Assembly (NCBI GenBank): GCA_002395775.1
Contig: DGUV01000075.1
Span: 30,677 to 94,676 of the forward strand
Origin: Prevotellaceae bacterium UBA4301
GTDB taxonomy: Bacteria > Bacteroidota > Bacteroidia > Bacteroidales > Bacteroidaceae
Direction of reading: 5' to 3'
DNA: 64,000 nt
Shown here in pieces: positions 26,251 to 34,978 of this stretch; within the stretch, counting starts at the first letter, position 1; the number at the start of each line of letters is the position of its first letter. The notes beneath the pieces were generated by a model. That model did not search any database and was not told the origin of the DNA. It saw only the letters and a list, made by a program, of their open reading frames with translations. Made by a program: the position numbers and the translations under genes.

Positions 26251-27304
26251 CGAAGAAGAAATTCTTGACGACGACCTGCTGATTGACGACCTCCCCCTGG
26301 AGGAGGCGACAGAGGAGACGTTGTATGAGCACCGACGCGTGGTGGCCGACAAAGGGCAGAGCCCGATGCGCGTCGATAAATTCCTGATGGACCACCTGGG
26401 CGACACCAGCCGCAACCGCATACAAAAGGCTGCCGAGGCGGGATTCATACAGGTGAACGGGAAACCCGTGAAGAGCAACTATAAGGTGAAGGCCAACGAC
26501 GTGGTCACCCTGATGCTCGACCGCCCGAAGCGCGACTGGGAAATCATTCCCGAAGACATTCCCCTGGATGTGACTTACGAAGACGAGGACTTGCTGGTTG
26601 TGAACAAACCGGCCGGACTGGTGGTGCACCCGGGGTGCGGAAACTTCTCCGGGACATTGGTCAATGCACTGGCCTGGCATCTGAAAGACGACAAGCGATT
26701 CGACCCCAACGACCCCACCGTGGGACTGGTGCACCGCATCGACAAGGATACAAGCGGACTGCTGGTCATCGCCAAGACCCCCGAGGCAAAGACCGACCTG
26801 TGCGGACAATTCTTTGTCCATTCGACACGTCGCCTCTACAATGCCCTTGTGTGGGGACCCTTTGCCGAGGACGAGGGAACGATAAGAGGAAACATAGGGC
26901 GCAACCCGAAGGACCGCCTGCAAATGGCCATCCTGCCCGACGACAACCCCAACGGCAAACCGGCAGTGACACACTACCGCGTGCTGGAACGCCTGGGACA
27001 CGTCACTCTGGTGGAATGTCGGTTGGAGACGGGACGGACGCATCAGATACGCGTACACATGAAAAGCCTGGGACATACGCTTTTCAACGACGAACGCTAC
27101 GGCGGACAGGAAATCCTGAGAGGCGAAAGGAGCAGTTCGTACAAGGCCTTCATCCACAACTGCTTTGAGGTGTGTCCGCGACAAGCACTGCACGCCCGCA
27201 CACTGGGATTCCGACATCCGCGGACGGGCAAAGAAATGGACTTTACGAGTGAATTACCACAAGATATGACCCAATTACTGGAAAAATGGAGAAAAAAACA
27301 ATAG
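26243..27304 (+). CDS. rluD: RluA-family 23S rRNA pseudouridine synthase (RluD-like)
   Basis: It has an S4-like N-terminus (RVDKFL...SRNRIQKA) and the catalytic HRIDKDTSGLLV motif. The start was set at the ATG at 26243, which overlaps the PASTA gene stop as ATGA. Confidence 0.85.
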   Translation: MNSEEEILDDDLLIDDLPLEEATEETLYEHRRVVADKGQSPMRVDKFLMDHLGDTSRNRIQKAAEAGFIQVNGKPVKSNYKVKANDVVTLMLDRPKRDWEIIPEDIPLDVTYEDEDLLVVNKPAGLVVHPGCGNFSGTLVNALAWHLKDDKRFDPNDPTVGLVHRIDKDTSGLLVIAKTPEAKTDLCGQFFVHSTRRLYNALVWGPFAEDEGTIRGNIGRNPKDRLQMAILPDDNPNGKPAVTHYRVLERLGHVTLVECRLETGRTHQIRVHMKSLGHTLFNDERYGGQEILRGERSSSYKAFIHNCFEVCPRQALHARTLGFRHPRTGKEMDFTSELPQDMTQLLEKWRKKQ

Positions 27305-28266
27305 CCATCATCTGCGGAGGGGACTCTGCAGAACATGATGTCAGCATGCGCAGTGCAGCCGGCATCGAATCGTTCCTCGACAAGGAGCGCTACACGGTTT
27401 ACAAAGTAGAGATACACGCCCGTCACTGGGAAGCCATACTTGGTGACGGAAGCCGGAGCAAGGTGGACCGCAACGACTTCACCTTCCTGGACAACGGGAA
27501 ACAGGTGAAGCCCGACTACGCCTATATCACCATCCACGGTGCCCCGGGCGAGAATGGTGTCCTGCAGGGCTACTTCGACCTGATAGGTATGCCCTACTCC
27601 ACCTGCAACGTACTCGTCGAGGCCATGACCTACGACAAGTTTGTGCTGAACACCTACATGCGTGGCCTGGGCGTGAGCGTAGCCGACAGTCTGACCGTGA
27701 AGATTGGTCACGACAAGGAAGTGAGCGACGAGGACATCATCTCGCGCATCGGCCTGCCCTGCTTCGTGAAGCCCGCACGCGGCGGAAGCAGTTTCGGTAC
27801 CACAAAGGTGAAGACGCCCGAGCAGTTGCGCCCGGCCATCGAGGTGGCCCTGAAGGAGGGCGAGGACGTGATGGTGGAAGCCTTCATGCAAGGCACGGAA
27901 CTCACCTGCGGCTGCTACAAGACACGGACGGGCGGCCACGTGTTCCCCATCACGGAAGTGGTCTCGAAGAACGAATTCTTCGACTATGCCGCCAAATACA
28001 ACAACGAAAGCGACGAAATCACTCCGGCCCGCATCTCCGACCGTCTCACTGAACGCGTGCAGCAACTGACCTCGATGATCTATGACATCCTGGGCTGCCA
28101 CGGCATCATCCGCATCGACTACATCATCACCGAGGGCGAAAAGATTAATCTCTTGGAAATCAACACCACGCCGGGCATGACGGCCACCAGCTTCATTCCC
28201 CAGCAGGTGCGTGCCGCCGGGCTGGACATCAAGGATGTGCTGACGGAGATTATTGAGGATAAATAG
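27286..28266 (+). CDS. ddl: D-alanine--D-alanine ligase
   Basis: MEKKTIAIICGGDSAEHDVS...HGAPGENG..QG... with an ATP-grasp C-terminal half. Confidence 0.9.
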   Translation: MEKKTIAIICGGDSAEHDVSMRSAAGIESFLDKERYTVYKVEIHARHWEAILGDGSRSKVDRNDFTFLDNGKQVKPDYAYITIHGAPGENGVLQGYFDLIGMPYSTCNVLVEAMTYDKFVLNTYMRGLGVSVADSLTVKIGHDKEVSDEDIISRIGLPCFVKPARGGSSFGTTKVKTPEQLRPAIEVALKEGEDVMVEAFMQGTELTCGCYKTRTGGHVFPITEVVSKNEFFDYAAKYNNESDEITPARISDRLTERVQQLTSMIYDILGCHGIIRIDYIITEGEKINLLEINTTPGMTATSFIPQQVRAAGLDIKDVLTEIIEDK

Positions 28267-28404
28267 GCCCCTACCCCCAATCCCCTCCCGAGGGAGGGGC
28301 GTGAACACAGGCATAAAGATAAGTTACAATATATGAATATCGGGAAAAACATAATTAGCAATAATGCCCACTCCTCCCCCTCGGAGGAGGTCGGAAGAGG
28401 GGCC
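28266..28404. repeat. Family A inverted doublet (REPIN/MITE-like) spanning the ddl-acyltransferase junction
   Basis: Left arm: ggcccctacccccaatcccctcccgagggaggggcg. Right arm: gcccactcctccccctcggaggaggtcggaagaggggcc. The reverse complement of the right arm resembles the left arm. A 64-bp AT-rich core between them contains the ATG at 28333. Confidence 0.7.
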
Positions 28405-29589
28405 ATTGGGAGTTCGGAATTCGACCAAATCCGCCCTTACAACGATGACGAGGTGAAGGAGGCCATCGAGAGTTTGCTTCAGGACCGACAGTTTTCGCGC
28501 ATTCTCAAGCGAATCCTTCCTCTCTTGCCCTTGGGCATGAGTCGCGGCGTGCTGAAACTGGCCACGCTGGGCATACACTCGACGCTCGACTTCCAGCTGC
28601 GATTCATGAAGCCTGTGGTAAACTACATCCTGCGGAAGTGCTCGACGGGCCACACCTTCCGGCACGACGGCATTACGCCTGGTCCGGACCGCTACACCTT
28701 CATCAGCAACCATCGCGACATTGTGCTCGACAGTGCCATCCTGGACGTGATGCTCCACGATGCCAAGTTCCCAACCACCTGTGAGATAGCCATCGGCGAC
28801 AATCTCCTGATATATCCCTGGATTCGCACACTGGTGCGACTGAACAAGGCCTTCATCGTGCGGCGCAACATCTCGCGTCGCGAACTCTTCGAGAGCAGTC
28901 TGCTCATGAGCCGATACATGCACCATGTCATTCAGGAGAAGCGGGAGAACATCTGGATAGCCCAGCGCGAAGGCCGGGCCAAGGATTCGAGCGACCACAC
29001 ACAGGAGGCGCTGCTGAAGATGCTGACCCTCGCAGGCACAGAGGGCACAGAGAAGACCGAGGGCACGGAGTCTTTGCAGGAAAGCATCCGGCAGTTGAAC
29101 ATCGTTCCGCTATCGATAAGCTACGAATACGACCCTTGCGACTATCTGAAGGCTAAGGAGTTCCAGCAGAAGCGCGACGATGCCTCGTGGAAGAAATCGA
29201 AACAGGACGACCTCACGAACATGAAGACGGGCATCTTCGGAAAGAAAGGCCATGTGCACTACCAGACCGGGCGACCCGTGAACGAGTGGATAGACGAACT
29301 GAAGGACCTTGACAAGAGCGAGTTCTATGCCGAACTGGCCCGTCGCATCGACATTGAGATCTATCGCAACTACCGTCTGTTCCCAGGCAACTATGTGGCC
29401 GCCGACCTGCTTGCCAATCGACCCTCCCATGCCAGTCAGTACACCCACAAGGACAAGGTAACCTTTGAAAAATACATAAAGGAACGCATGGCCTTGGTGG
29501 ACTTGTCCAACCGAGACGAGGACTTCCTGCGCGAACGTCTGCTCACCATGTATGCCAATCCCGTACTGAACTATGAAAAGACGATATAA
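28333..29589 (+). CDS. Glycerol/lysophospholipid acyltransferase family protein
   Basis: 418 aa with the HX4D motif SNHRDIVLDSA. The first 24 or so codons lie inside the family A doublet. Confidence 0.7.
   Translation: MNIGKNIISNNAHSSPSEEVGRGAIGSSEFDQIRPYNDDEVKEAIESLLQDRQFSRILKRILPLLPLGMSRGVLKLATLGIHSTLDFQLRFMKPVVNYILRKCSTGHTFRHDGITPGPDRYTFISNHRDIVLDSAILDVMLHDAKFPTTCEIAIGDNLLIYPWIRTLVRLNKAFIVRRNISRRELFESSLLMSRYMHHVIQEKRENIWIAQREGRAKDSSDHTQEALLKMLTLAGTEGTEKTEGTESLQESIRQLNIVPLSISYEYDPCDYLKAKEFQQKRDDASWKKSKQDDLTNMKTGIFGKKGHVHYQTGRPVNEWIDELKDLDKSEFYAELARRIDIEIYRNYRLFPGNYVAADLLANRPSHASQYTHKDKVTFEKYIKERMALVDLSNRDEDFLRERLLTMYANPVLNYEKTI
29032..29070. repeat. GGCACAGAG (GTE) short tandem repeat, in-frame
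   Basis: gcaggcacagagggcacagagaagaccgagggcacggag encodes AGTEGTEKTEGTE. It shares a 17-nt identical core with the reverse complement of 294..326. Confidence 0.75.
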
Positions 29590-30289
29590 AGGAGTTAAAA
29601 GGGAGTTAAAGGGGAGTTATACTCGCTTTGCTCGTGGAGTTAAAGGGACAATTCGCCTACCAATCAAATACATTCGTCCCTTTACCTTCTTCTTAACGCC
29701 CCTTCTATTACTTTTAACTTTCTTTTCATTGTCGTCATGTCGTGACGACAATGATGATGCCCCCTACCCCAGCATCATCACCGAAATGGCCGACTGCCCC
29801 ACCAACAGCGACGGCACCATGGTGAAGATTGTGCTTGACGATGATACCGAACTGCCGCTCAGCAACCCACAAACGGGGTTGAAAGCCGATGTCATCTATC
29901 GCTGCCTGGCCGGCTACACCTTAGACAAAGGGCAAGCCACCCTCTATAGCCTGAAGTCTGCTGCCCTGCTGCGCGACTCCACGTCGGTGGCCCAGTGCGA
30001 CCCTGTGAATGTCGTAAGCCTGTGGCAGACACGCCGCTACATCAACCTCCATCTCATGCCCAAGACACAAGACCAAGGGACGCACTCGTGGGGATTCATC
30101 ACCGACAGCATCCGAGGCCGCCATGCCTACCTGCGGCTACACCACCGACAGGGCTCCGACCCAACGGCCTACAGCACCGACGTCTATGCCTCACTGCCCC
30201 TCCACCTCGTAGCGGCCGATACCATCACCCTGCGCATCCGCACCTTCTCTGGCACGAATGAGCAGACGTTTCCCTTAGAAAGCAAGTAA
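29573..30289 (+). CDS. Hypothetical lipoprotein, tentatively NigD-like
   Basis: It has the lipobox FFSLSSC. Its N-terminal 25 codons run through the family D GGAGTTA boxes. The family assignment is from memory only. Confidence 0.45.
   Translation: MKRRYKGVKRELKGSYTRFARGVKGTIRLPIKYIRPFTFFLTPLLLLLTFFSLSSCRDDNDDAPYPSIITEMADCPTNSDGTMVKIVLDDDTELPLSNPQTGLKADVIYRCLAGYTLDKGQATLYSLKSAALLRDSTSVAQCDPVNVVSLWQTRRYINLHLMPKTQDQGTHSWGFITDSIRGRHAYLRLHHRQGSDPTAYSTDVYASLPLHLVAADTITLRIRTFSGTNEQTFPLESK
29590..29641. repeat. Family D GGAGTTA boxes, 4 copies
   Basis: ggagtta occurs at 29590, 29601, 29612 and 29635. Confidence 0.75.
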
Positions 30290-30295
30290 AGCAGA

Positions 30296-30976
30296 CTACT
30301 GCTGACGTGCCTTCTCCACCAGACGGCGGCCCAGCTCGAAGGCATTCTGCAGGTCGATGGGGAAATGTTCGTCACGATAGCGGCGCTTGTCCTCCTCGGA
30401 GAAGAGGTTGAAGTCGTAGCGCGAATAGTCGTTGAACTGATAGGTGTTGCAGGCATAGAGCATCTCGCTATAGCCATAGATGTCGGCCATCACCTTCGTG
30501 TTCTCCTCCAGTATGGGGGGATAGCCTATCTGGCGCATGTAATCCTGAGGACAATTCATGGTGAAAATCATTGCGGTGGGAATGACCTTGTCCCGCAAAG
30601 TGATGTGTTTGCCATTCTCATACAGATACGTACCGATGGGGAACAGCAGACGCTCCATGAAGGAACGCAGTTCGCCTGTGGGATAGCTGTAATAGACGGG
30701 CGAACCCAACACGACGACATCGGCCTGGCGCATGCGTTCCAGCACGGGGCGCAAGTCGTCCTTGATGACACAAACGCCGTTGCACTTCGAGTTCTTCAGC
30801 TTGCAGGCGAAGCAACTCTTACAGCCCTTAAAGTCAATGTCATAGAGATGAATCATCTCGCACTCGGCCCCAGCCTCCTGGGCACCCTTCATGGCACTAT
30901 CCAGCATCAGGAATGTGTTCTTGGTCTTGCGTGGACTGCCGTTCACGAAGAATGCTTGCAGTTTCTTTTCTTCCAT
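30296..30976 (-). CDS. Flavodoxin-like fold / NADPH-dependent FMN reductase family iron-sulfur flavoprotein
   Basis: [17 protein letters not shown]... with a cysteine cluster (CKSCFACK...C) and VLGSPVYY. Confidence 0.7.
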   Translation of the reverse strand: MEEKKLQAFFVNGSPRKTKNTFLMLDSAMKGAQEAGAECEMIHLYDIDFKGCKSCFACKLKNSKCNGVCVIKDDLRPVLERMRQADVVVLGSPVYYSYPTGELRSFMERLLFPIGTYLYENGKHITLRDKVIPTAMIFTMNCPQDYMRQIGYPPILEENTKVMADIYGYSEMLYACNTYQFNDYSRYDFNLFSEEDKRRYRDEHFPIDLQNAFELGRRLVEKARQQ

Positions 30977-31039
30977 ACAAAATAGTTTTAGTGTACGCAA
31001 AGATACGATTTTTTCCTGGCACGGCCGCATTTCAAAAGT

Positions 31040-31170
31040 CAGAAAACGGCAAAGTTCTTTGTTTTTTCGCTCGCTTAATCGTACCTTTAACCTGCGGTTT
31101 TAGGTACTACCGCTCGGAAAAAACAAAAGTTCTTTGTTTTTTCGCTCGCTTAATCGTACCTTTGTGCCCA
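31040..31170 (+). repeat. Family B: duplicated promoter-like module with a hairpin, upstream of mnmA
   Basis: agttctttgttttttcgctcgcttaatcgtaccttt occurs twice. The first copy runs into the palindrome gtacctttaacc tgc ggttttaggtac. The second copy ends in the -7 box TACCTTTG (31157-31164). Confidence 0.8.
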
Positions 31171-31182
31171 AATAGCAAGGGC

Positions 31183-32430
31183 ATGAAGAATATAGCTGTA
31201 CTGATATCGGGCGGCGTGGACAGCGCCGTAGTGGTTCACCAATTGTGTGAACACGGTTACAAACCCGACCTTCATTATATTAAGATAGGTATGGAAGGCG
31301 AGGACTCGTCTTGCTCGGCCGAGGAGGATATTGAACTCTCGCAGGCCACGGCAAGGAAGTATGGTCTGAAGCTGGAAGTCACCGACCTGCAGAAAGAATA
31401 CTGGGAAAAGGTGGTGGGCTATGCCATAGAGCGCGTGAAGGAAGGACTGACGCCGAACCCCGACGTAATGTGCAACCGACTCATCAAGTTCGGAGCCTTC
31501 GAGGAACGCATCGGCAAGGATTACGACCTCGTGGCAACGGGGCACTATGCAACACGCAAGGCCCCTCTCCCTGCTCCCCCCGTGGGGGGGAGAGTCTTGC
31601 CTTTCCTGTTGAATGATGTTGAACTAAAGACAGAAACGCTGGAGGACATTGCCCTCGAAGGAGAAGCCCTCCCCCCCACGGGGGGAGCGGGGAGAGGGGC
31701 CATTTTTCTGGGCACCGCCAAGGACCCCGTGAAGGACCAGACGGACTTCCTTGCCCAACTCACCTACGAACAACTCCAGCATACCATCTTCCCCATTGGT
31801 CACCTAATGAAGGAAGAGGTGCGGGACATTGCCATCCGGGCAGGATTGCCCAGTGCGCGCCGTAAGGACAGTCAGGGCATCTGCTTCCTGGGCAAGATAA
31901 ACTACAACGACTTCCTGCGCCGTTTTCTGGGCGAACAGGAAGGCCGCATCATCGACATTGAGACGGGTAAGGTGGTGGGTAGGCACCGGGGATTCTGGTT
32001 CCACACCATCGGGCAGCGCAAGGGATTGGGACTGAGCGGCGGCCCCTGGTTCGTGGTGAAGAAGAACGTCAAGAAGAACATTGTCTTCGTGGCCCGCGGC
32101 TGGGACACGCAGTTGCAGTATGGTCACGACTTCCGCCTGGCCGACATGCACTTCATCACAAGCAATCCTTGGGAAGAAGAGACGAATGAAGAGGGGAACG
32201 TGAAGCGCGGAGAATCAGAATTAATCAAGAAGGGCTTGCCCATTTCGTTCAAGATTCGGCACGTCGATCACTTCATGCCCGGCATCATCACACTGGACGA
32301 CGAAGGCTATCACATCCACTCCGACGAACCCATTCAGGGCATTGCCCCCGGCCAGTTCGGATGCATCTACGACGCCGAACACCGCATCTGCTACGGCAGT
32401 GGCGAGATAGCCATATACAAAGACCGATAA
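31183..32430 (+). CDS. mnmA: tRNA 2-thiouridine(34) synthase MnmA
   Basis: It has the PP-loop [29 protein letters not shown] and [10 protein letters not shown]. The start was set at the ATG at 31183. The upstream ORF extension is translated repeat sequence. Confidence 0.9.
   Translation: MKNIAVLISGGVDSAVVVHQLCEHGYKPDLHYIKIGMEGEDSSCSAEEDIELSQATARKYGLKLEVTDLQKEYWEKVVGYAIERVKEGLTPNPDVMCNRLIKFGAFEERIGKDYDLVATGHYATRKAPLPAPPVGGRVLPFLLNDVELKTETLEDIALEGEALPPTGGAGRGAIFLGTAKDPVKDQTDFLAQLTYEQLQHTIFPIGHLMKEEVRDIAIRAGLPSARRKDSQGICFLGKINYNDFLRRFLGEQEGRIIDIETGKVVGRHRGFWFHTIGQRKGLGLSGGPWFVVKKNVKKNIVFVARGWDTQLQYGHDFRLADMHFITSNPWEEETNEEGNVKRGESELIKKGLPISFKIRHVDHFMPGIITLDDEGYHIHSDEPIQGIAPGQFGCIYDAEHRICYGSGEIAIYKDR
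31561..31700. repeat. Family A inverted doublet inserted in-frame in mnmA
   Basis: Left arm: gcccctctccctgctccccccgtgggggggagag. The reverse complement of the right arm is gcccctctccccgctccccccgtgggggggagggc. The core is about 70 bp. The region encodes [47 protein letters not shown]. Confidence 0.85.
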
Positions 32431-32442
32431 AACGGAGCGAGA

Positions 32443-34137
32443 CTAATCCGTCATTTTGGACTCGAGGCGGGCCTGGACAACATTCACCACATAGCCGCCC
32501 AGTTTGCCACACTCATTGACAATGTCCATGAAGATTGTGCCAACGGCATAGGAGTATTCCTGTTCGTTGATGGCATTCACGTTATCATTCTTCAGCCACT
32601 GACACATCTGTCTGATTTCATCCTCGATGTGAAGGGTTGCCGCAATGTCGTGATTGACTTTCCGCCCCTCCATGGCCACATTCATTTGCGTCAGAGCCTC
32701 ATTCGCCAGGTCCATGATGCTCCGCACCTGCCGATACTGAGATGGAGTGAAATTATGTATGGACTCACGGAGTCGGACAAGGGTTCGGGACATGTTGCGA
32801 CAAGAGTCGCCAATGCTCTCCAACTCACAGATTTCACGCATCAGCCTGCGCACCTTGGACTTGGTCATGTCACTCAGGTGGTTTTCACTCACCTGTTCCA
32901 GGTAATTGGCAATGCTTATCTCCATCTTGTCCGTGCTGTCCTCGTCGTGCTCAACCTCGGCAGAGAGGTTTTCGAAGTCCTTGTCCGATGAAGTGTCGAG
33001 CATGGTCCTCACCTTACCGAACATCTGCTGCACAAACTGAGCAAAACGCTGAGTCTCGCGCTGTGCCTGCAGGACAGCAATTTCCGGTGTCTGCACCAGG
33101 TTGGACTCGATGTAGCGCAAACGAAATTCCTCCTGCTCGGGTTTCTTCTCTTCCGGAAGGATGAAACAAACCAGACGTTCCAACTGAGGCACAAAGCCGA
33201 TGAGCAGGAAGGTGTTGACGACATTGAAACAAGTGTGGAAGGTGGCCAACACGACGGGGAGCCGCTCGGCCTGTCCGCCTGCAGAGAGGTCGTAGCCCGA
33301 CAGGTGGCACACGACCCTTACCAACGGGAAGAACACCACCAGCACCCACATTACACCAAAGACATTGAACACAAGATGAGCCAAAGCAGCCCGACGGGCC
33401 GGAACACCTGCGCCCAAGGCCACCAGATTGGCCGTTGCCGTGGTGCCGATGTTCTCACCCATCACCAGAGCGATGCCCAGATGGATGGGCAGGACGCCTG
33501 TGGAACAAAGCAGAATGGTGAGCGCCATGACGGCGGCCGACGACTGCACAATGCAGGTGATGAGCGTTCCCAGACCGAGGAATGAAAGGATGGTGAGGTA
33601 GCTGCCCGTGTCAAACGAAGCAAAGAACTGGACTACCGACTCGTTGTGAGCAAGGTCGAGCTCGCGGCCGGCAGTACTCAACATCACCAAAGAAAGGAAC
33701 ATGAAGGCTATACCAAACAGGAAGTCGCCCACAAGCCGACGACGCTTCTTGAACATCAGCACCATGCCCAGGAAGAAGGCCGGGAACACGATGTTGGTCA
33801 AATCGACATTATAGCCAAGAGACATAATCCATGCCGTGAGCGTGGTGCCGATGTTGGCGCCCATGATGACGGATATGGCCTGAGCCAATGTAAGCAGTCC
33901 TGCCGAAACGAAAGAAACTGCCATGACCGTGGTTGCCGAGGAAGACTGCACCAGACAGGTGACCAGCATGCCCGTGAGCATGCCCGTGAACCGATTTGTG
34001 GTCATGGTACCCAGTGTGTGACGCAGTTGCGGACCTGCCAGTTTCTGCAGGGCGTCACTCATCATGCGCATACCATAGATTAGCAATCCCAGTGCGCCCA
34101 GCAGTTTCATTGCTGACATGAAATAATCTTGTGCCAT
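32443..34137 (-). CDS. Na/Pi cotransporter family protein with a PhoU-like C-terminal domain
   Basis: 564 aa with duplicated QSSSATT/QSSAAV motifs in the transmembrane half and a soluble helical C-terminus. Confidence 0.8.
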   Translation of the reverse strand: MAQDYFMSAMKLLGALGLLIYGMRMMSDALQKLAGPQLRHTLGTMTTNRFTGMLTGMLVTCLVQSSSATTVMAVSFVSAGLLTLAQAISVIMGANIGTTLTAWIMSLGYNVDLTNIVFPAFFLGMVLMFKKRRRLVGDFLFGIAFMFLSLVMLSTAGRELDLAHNESVVQFFASFDTGSYLTILSFLGLGTLITCIVQSSAAVMALTILLCSTGVLPIHLGIALVMGENIGTTATANLVALGAGVPARRAALAHLVFNVFGVMWVLVVFFPLVRVVCHLSGYDLSAGGQAERLPVVLATFHTCFNVVNTFLLIGFVPQLERLVCFILPEEKKPEQEEFRLRYIESNLVQTPEIAVLQAQRETQRFAQFVQQMFGKVRTMLDTSSDKDFENLSAEVEHDEDSTDKMEISIANYLEQVSENHLSDMTKSKVRRLMREICELESIGDSCRNMSRTLVRLRESIHNFTPSQYRQVRSIMDLANEALTQMNVAMEGRKVNHDIAATLHIEDEIRQMCQWLKNDNVNAINEQEYSYAVGTIFMDIVNECGKLGGYVVNVVQARLESKMTD

Positions 34138-34209
34138 AATCGTTCGTTTTAATCAGAATTTATGGCACAAAGATAAGAGGTGTTTTTCACAATTCAACTA
34201 TAAAAGGTA

Positions 34210-34845
34210 TTACAATCTGGTTACGTTTGGTCTTGTAATCATATTGTAATGAGTCATCAGCCTGCGCCATTTGAAGTAACCAAAGACTGCAATAATGACG
34301 TAGAGGCCGTAGAGCGAGGCCTTGAAGGGAATGTCCTTGTAGAAATAAAGCACACAGGTGACCACATCGACGGCTATCCAAATGAACCACTGTTCCAGAT
34401 ATTTGTGTGCCAATGCCCAGATGCCCAGGATGCTGAGGGCCGTCGTGAAGGAGTCGGCAAGGGGCACGTTGGAATTGGTGAACGTAACGAGCAGCCAATA
34501 AATGGTGGCCCACACCGCAGCCGTGAGCAACAGCCACGGCAAGACAAGGCGACGCGGGAAATGGCATATGGGCCTCTCCCCACCCCCTCCCTCAAGGGAA
34601 GGGGCTTCCACTCCCCCAACGGCTTTGACAGGGCGGAGCCAACGCCACCAACCGTAGATGGTCATCAACAGATAGTAGAACTCCATGCCGCAGTCGGCAT
34701 AGAGTCCTTTCTGATAGTAAAGCACGATGCCCAGGCTCTGCATGAGGAATCCTACGAACCACATCCAGATGCTGGCCTTGAACTCCAGCAGAATGTAGGC
34801 CAAGCCGAGCAGGGTGGTGACGATGTCAAGCCAATTCACAGACAT
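34210..34845 (-). CDS. PnuC-family transporter, probably the thiamine-type PnuT given the operon riboswitch
   Basis: 211 aa multi-pass protein with YGWWRW and a WxxxxNxxLA-like segment. It lies downstream of the TonB receptor, under a TPP riboswitch. Confidence 0.75.
   Translation of the reverse strand: MSVNWLDIVTTLLGLAYILLEFKASIWMWFVGFLMQSLGIVLYYQKGLYADCGMEFYYLLMTIYGWWRWLRPVKAVGGVEAPSLEGGGGERPICHFPRRLVLPWLLLTAAVWATIYWLLVTFTNSNVPLADSFTTALSILGIWALAHKYLEQWFIWIAVDVVTCVLYFYKDIPFKASLYGLYVIIAVFGYFKWRRLMTHYNMITRPNVTRL
34570..34616. repeat. Family A arm, in-frame in the PnuC-family gene
   Basis: ggcctctccccaccccctccctcaagggaaggggcttccactccccc. On the minus strand it encodes GGVEAPSLEGGGGERP, in the loop after YGWWRW. 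Confidence 0.7.
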
Positions 34846-34848
34846 AGC

Positions 34849-34973
34849 GGCCCCCTCCCCTTACCCTCCCCGAGGGGAGGGAGTTGATACTTACATATAG
34901 AATTATCTTCTGCCATATTTTCCTCTTATTTGTAACCACTCCCCTCCCCTCGGGAGGGGTAAGGGGGTGGGGC
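34849..34973. repeat. Family A inverted doublet, between the TonB receptor and PnuC-family cistrons
   Basis: Left arm: ggccccctccccttaccctccccgaggggagggag. The reverse complement of the right arm is gccccacccccttacccctcccgaggggaggggagtgg. The AT-rich core is 52 bp. Confidence 0.85.
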
Positions 34974-34978
34974 TTCGA

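Noticed and set aside
30913-31182. N-terminal extension of the mnmA ORF (start at 30913), and ORFs 45810..46070 and 45950..46237 with repeated [19 protein letters not shown] peptides.
   Set aside because: These are read-throughs of family B non-coding repeats. The PP-loop of MnmA begins right after the ATG at 31183, which has a -7 box 18 nt upstream.
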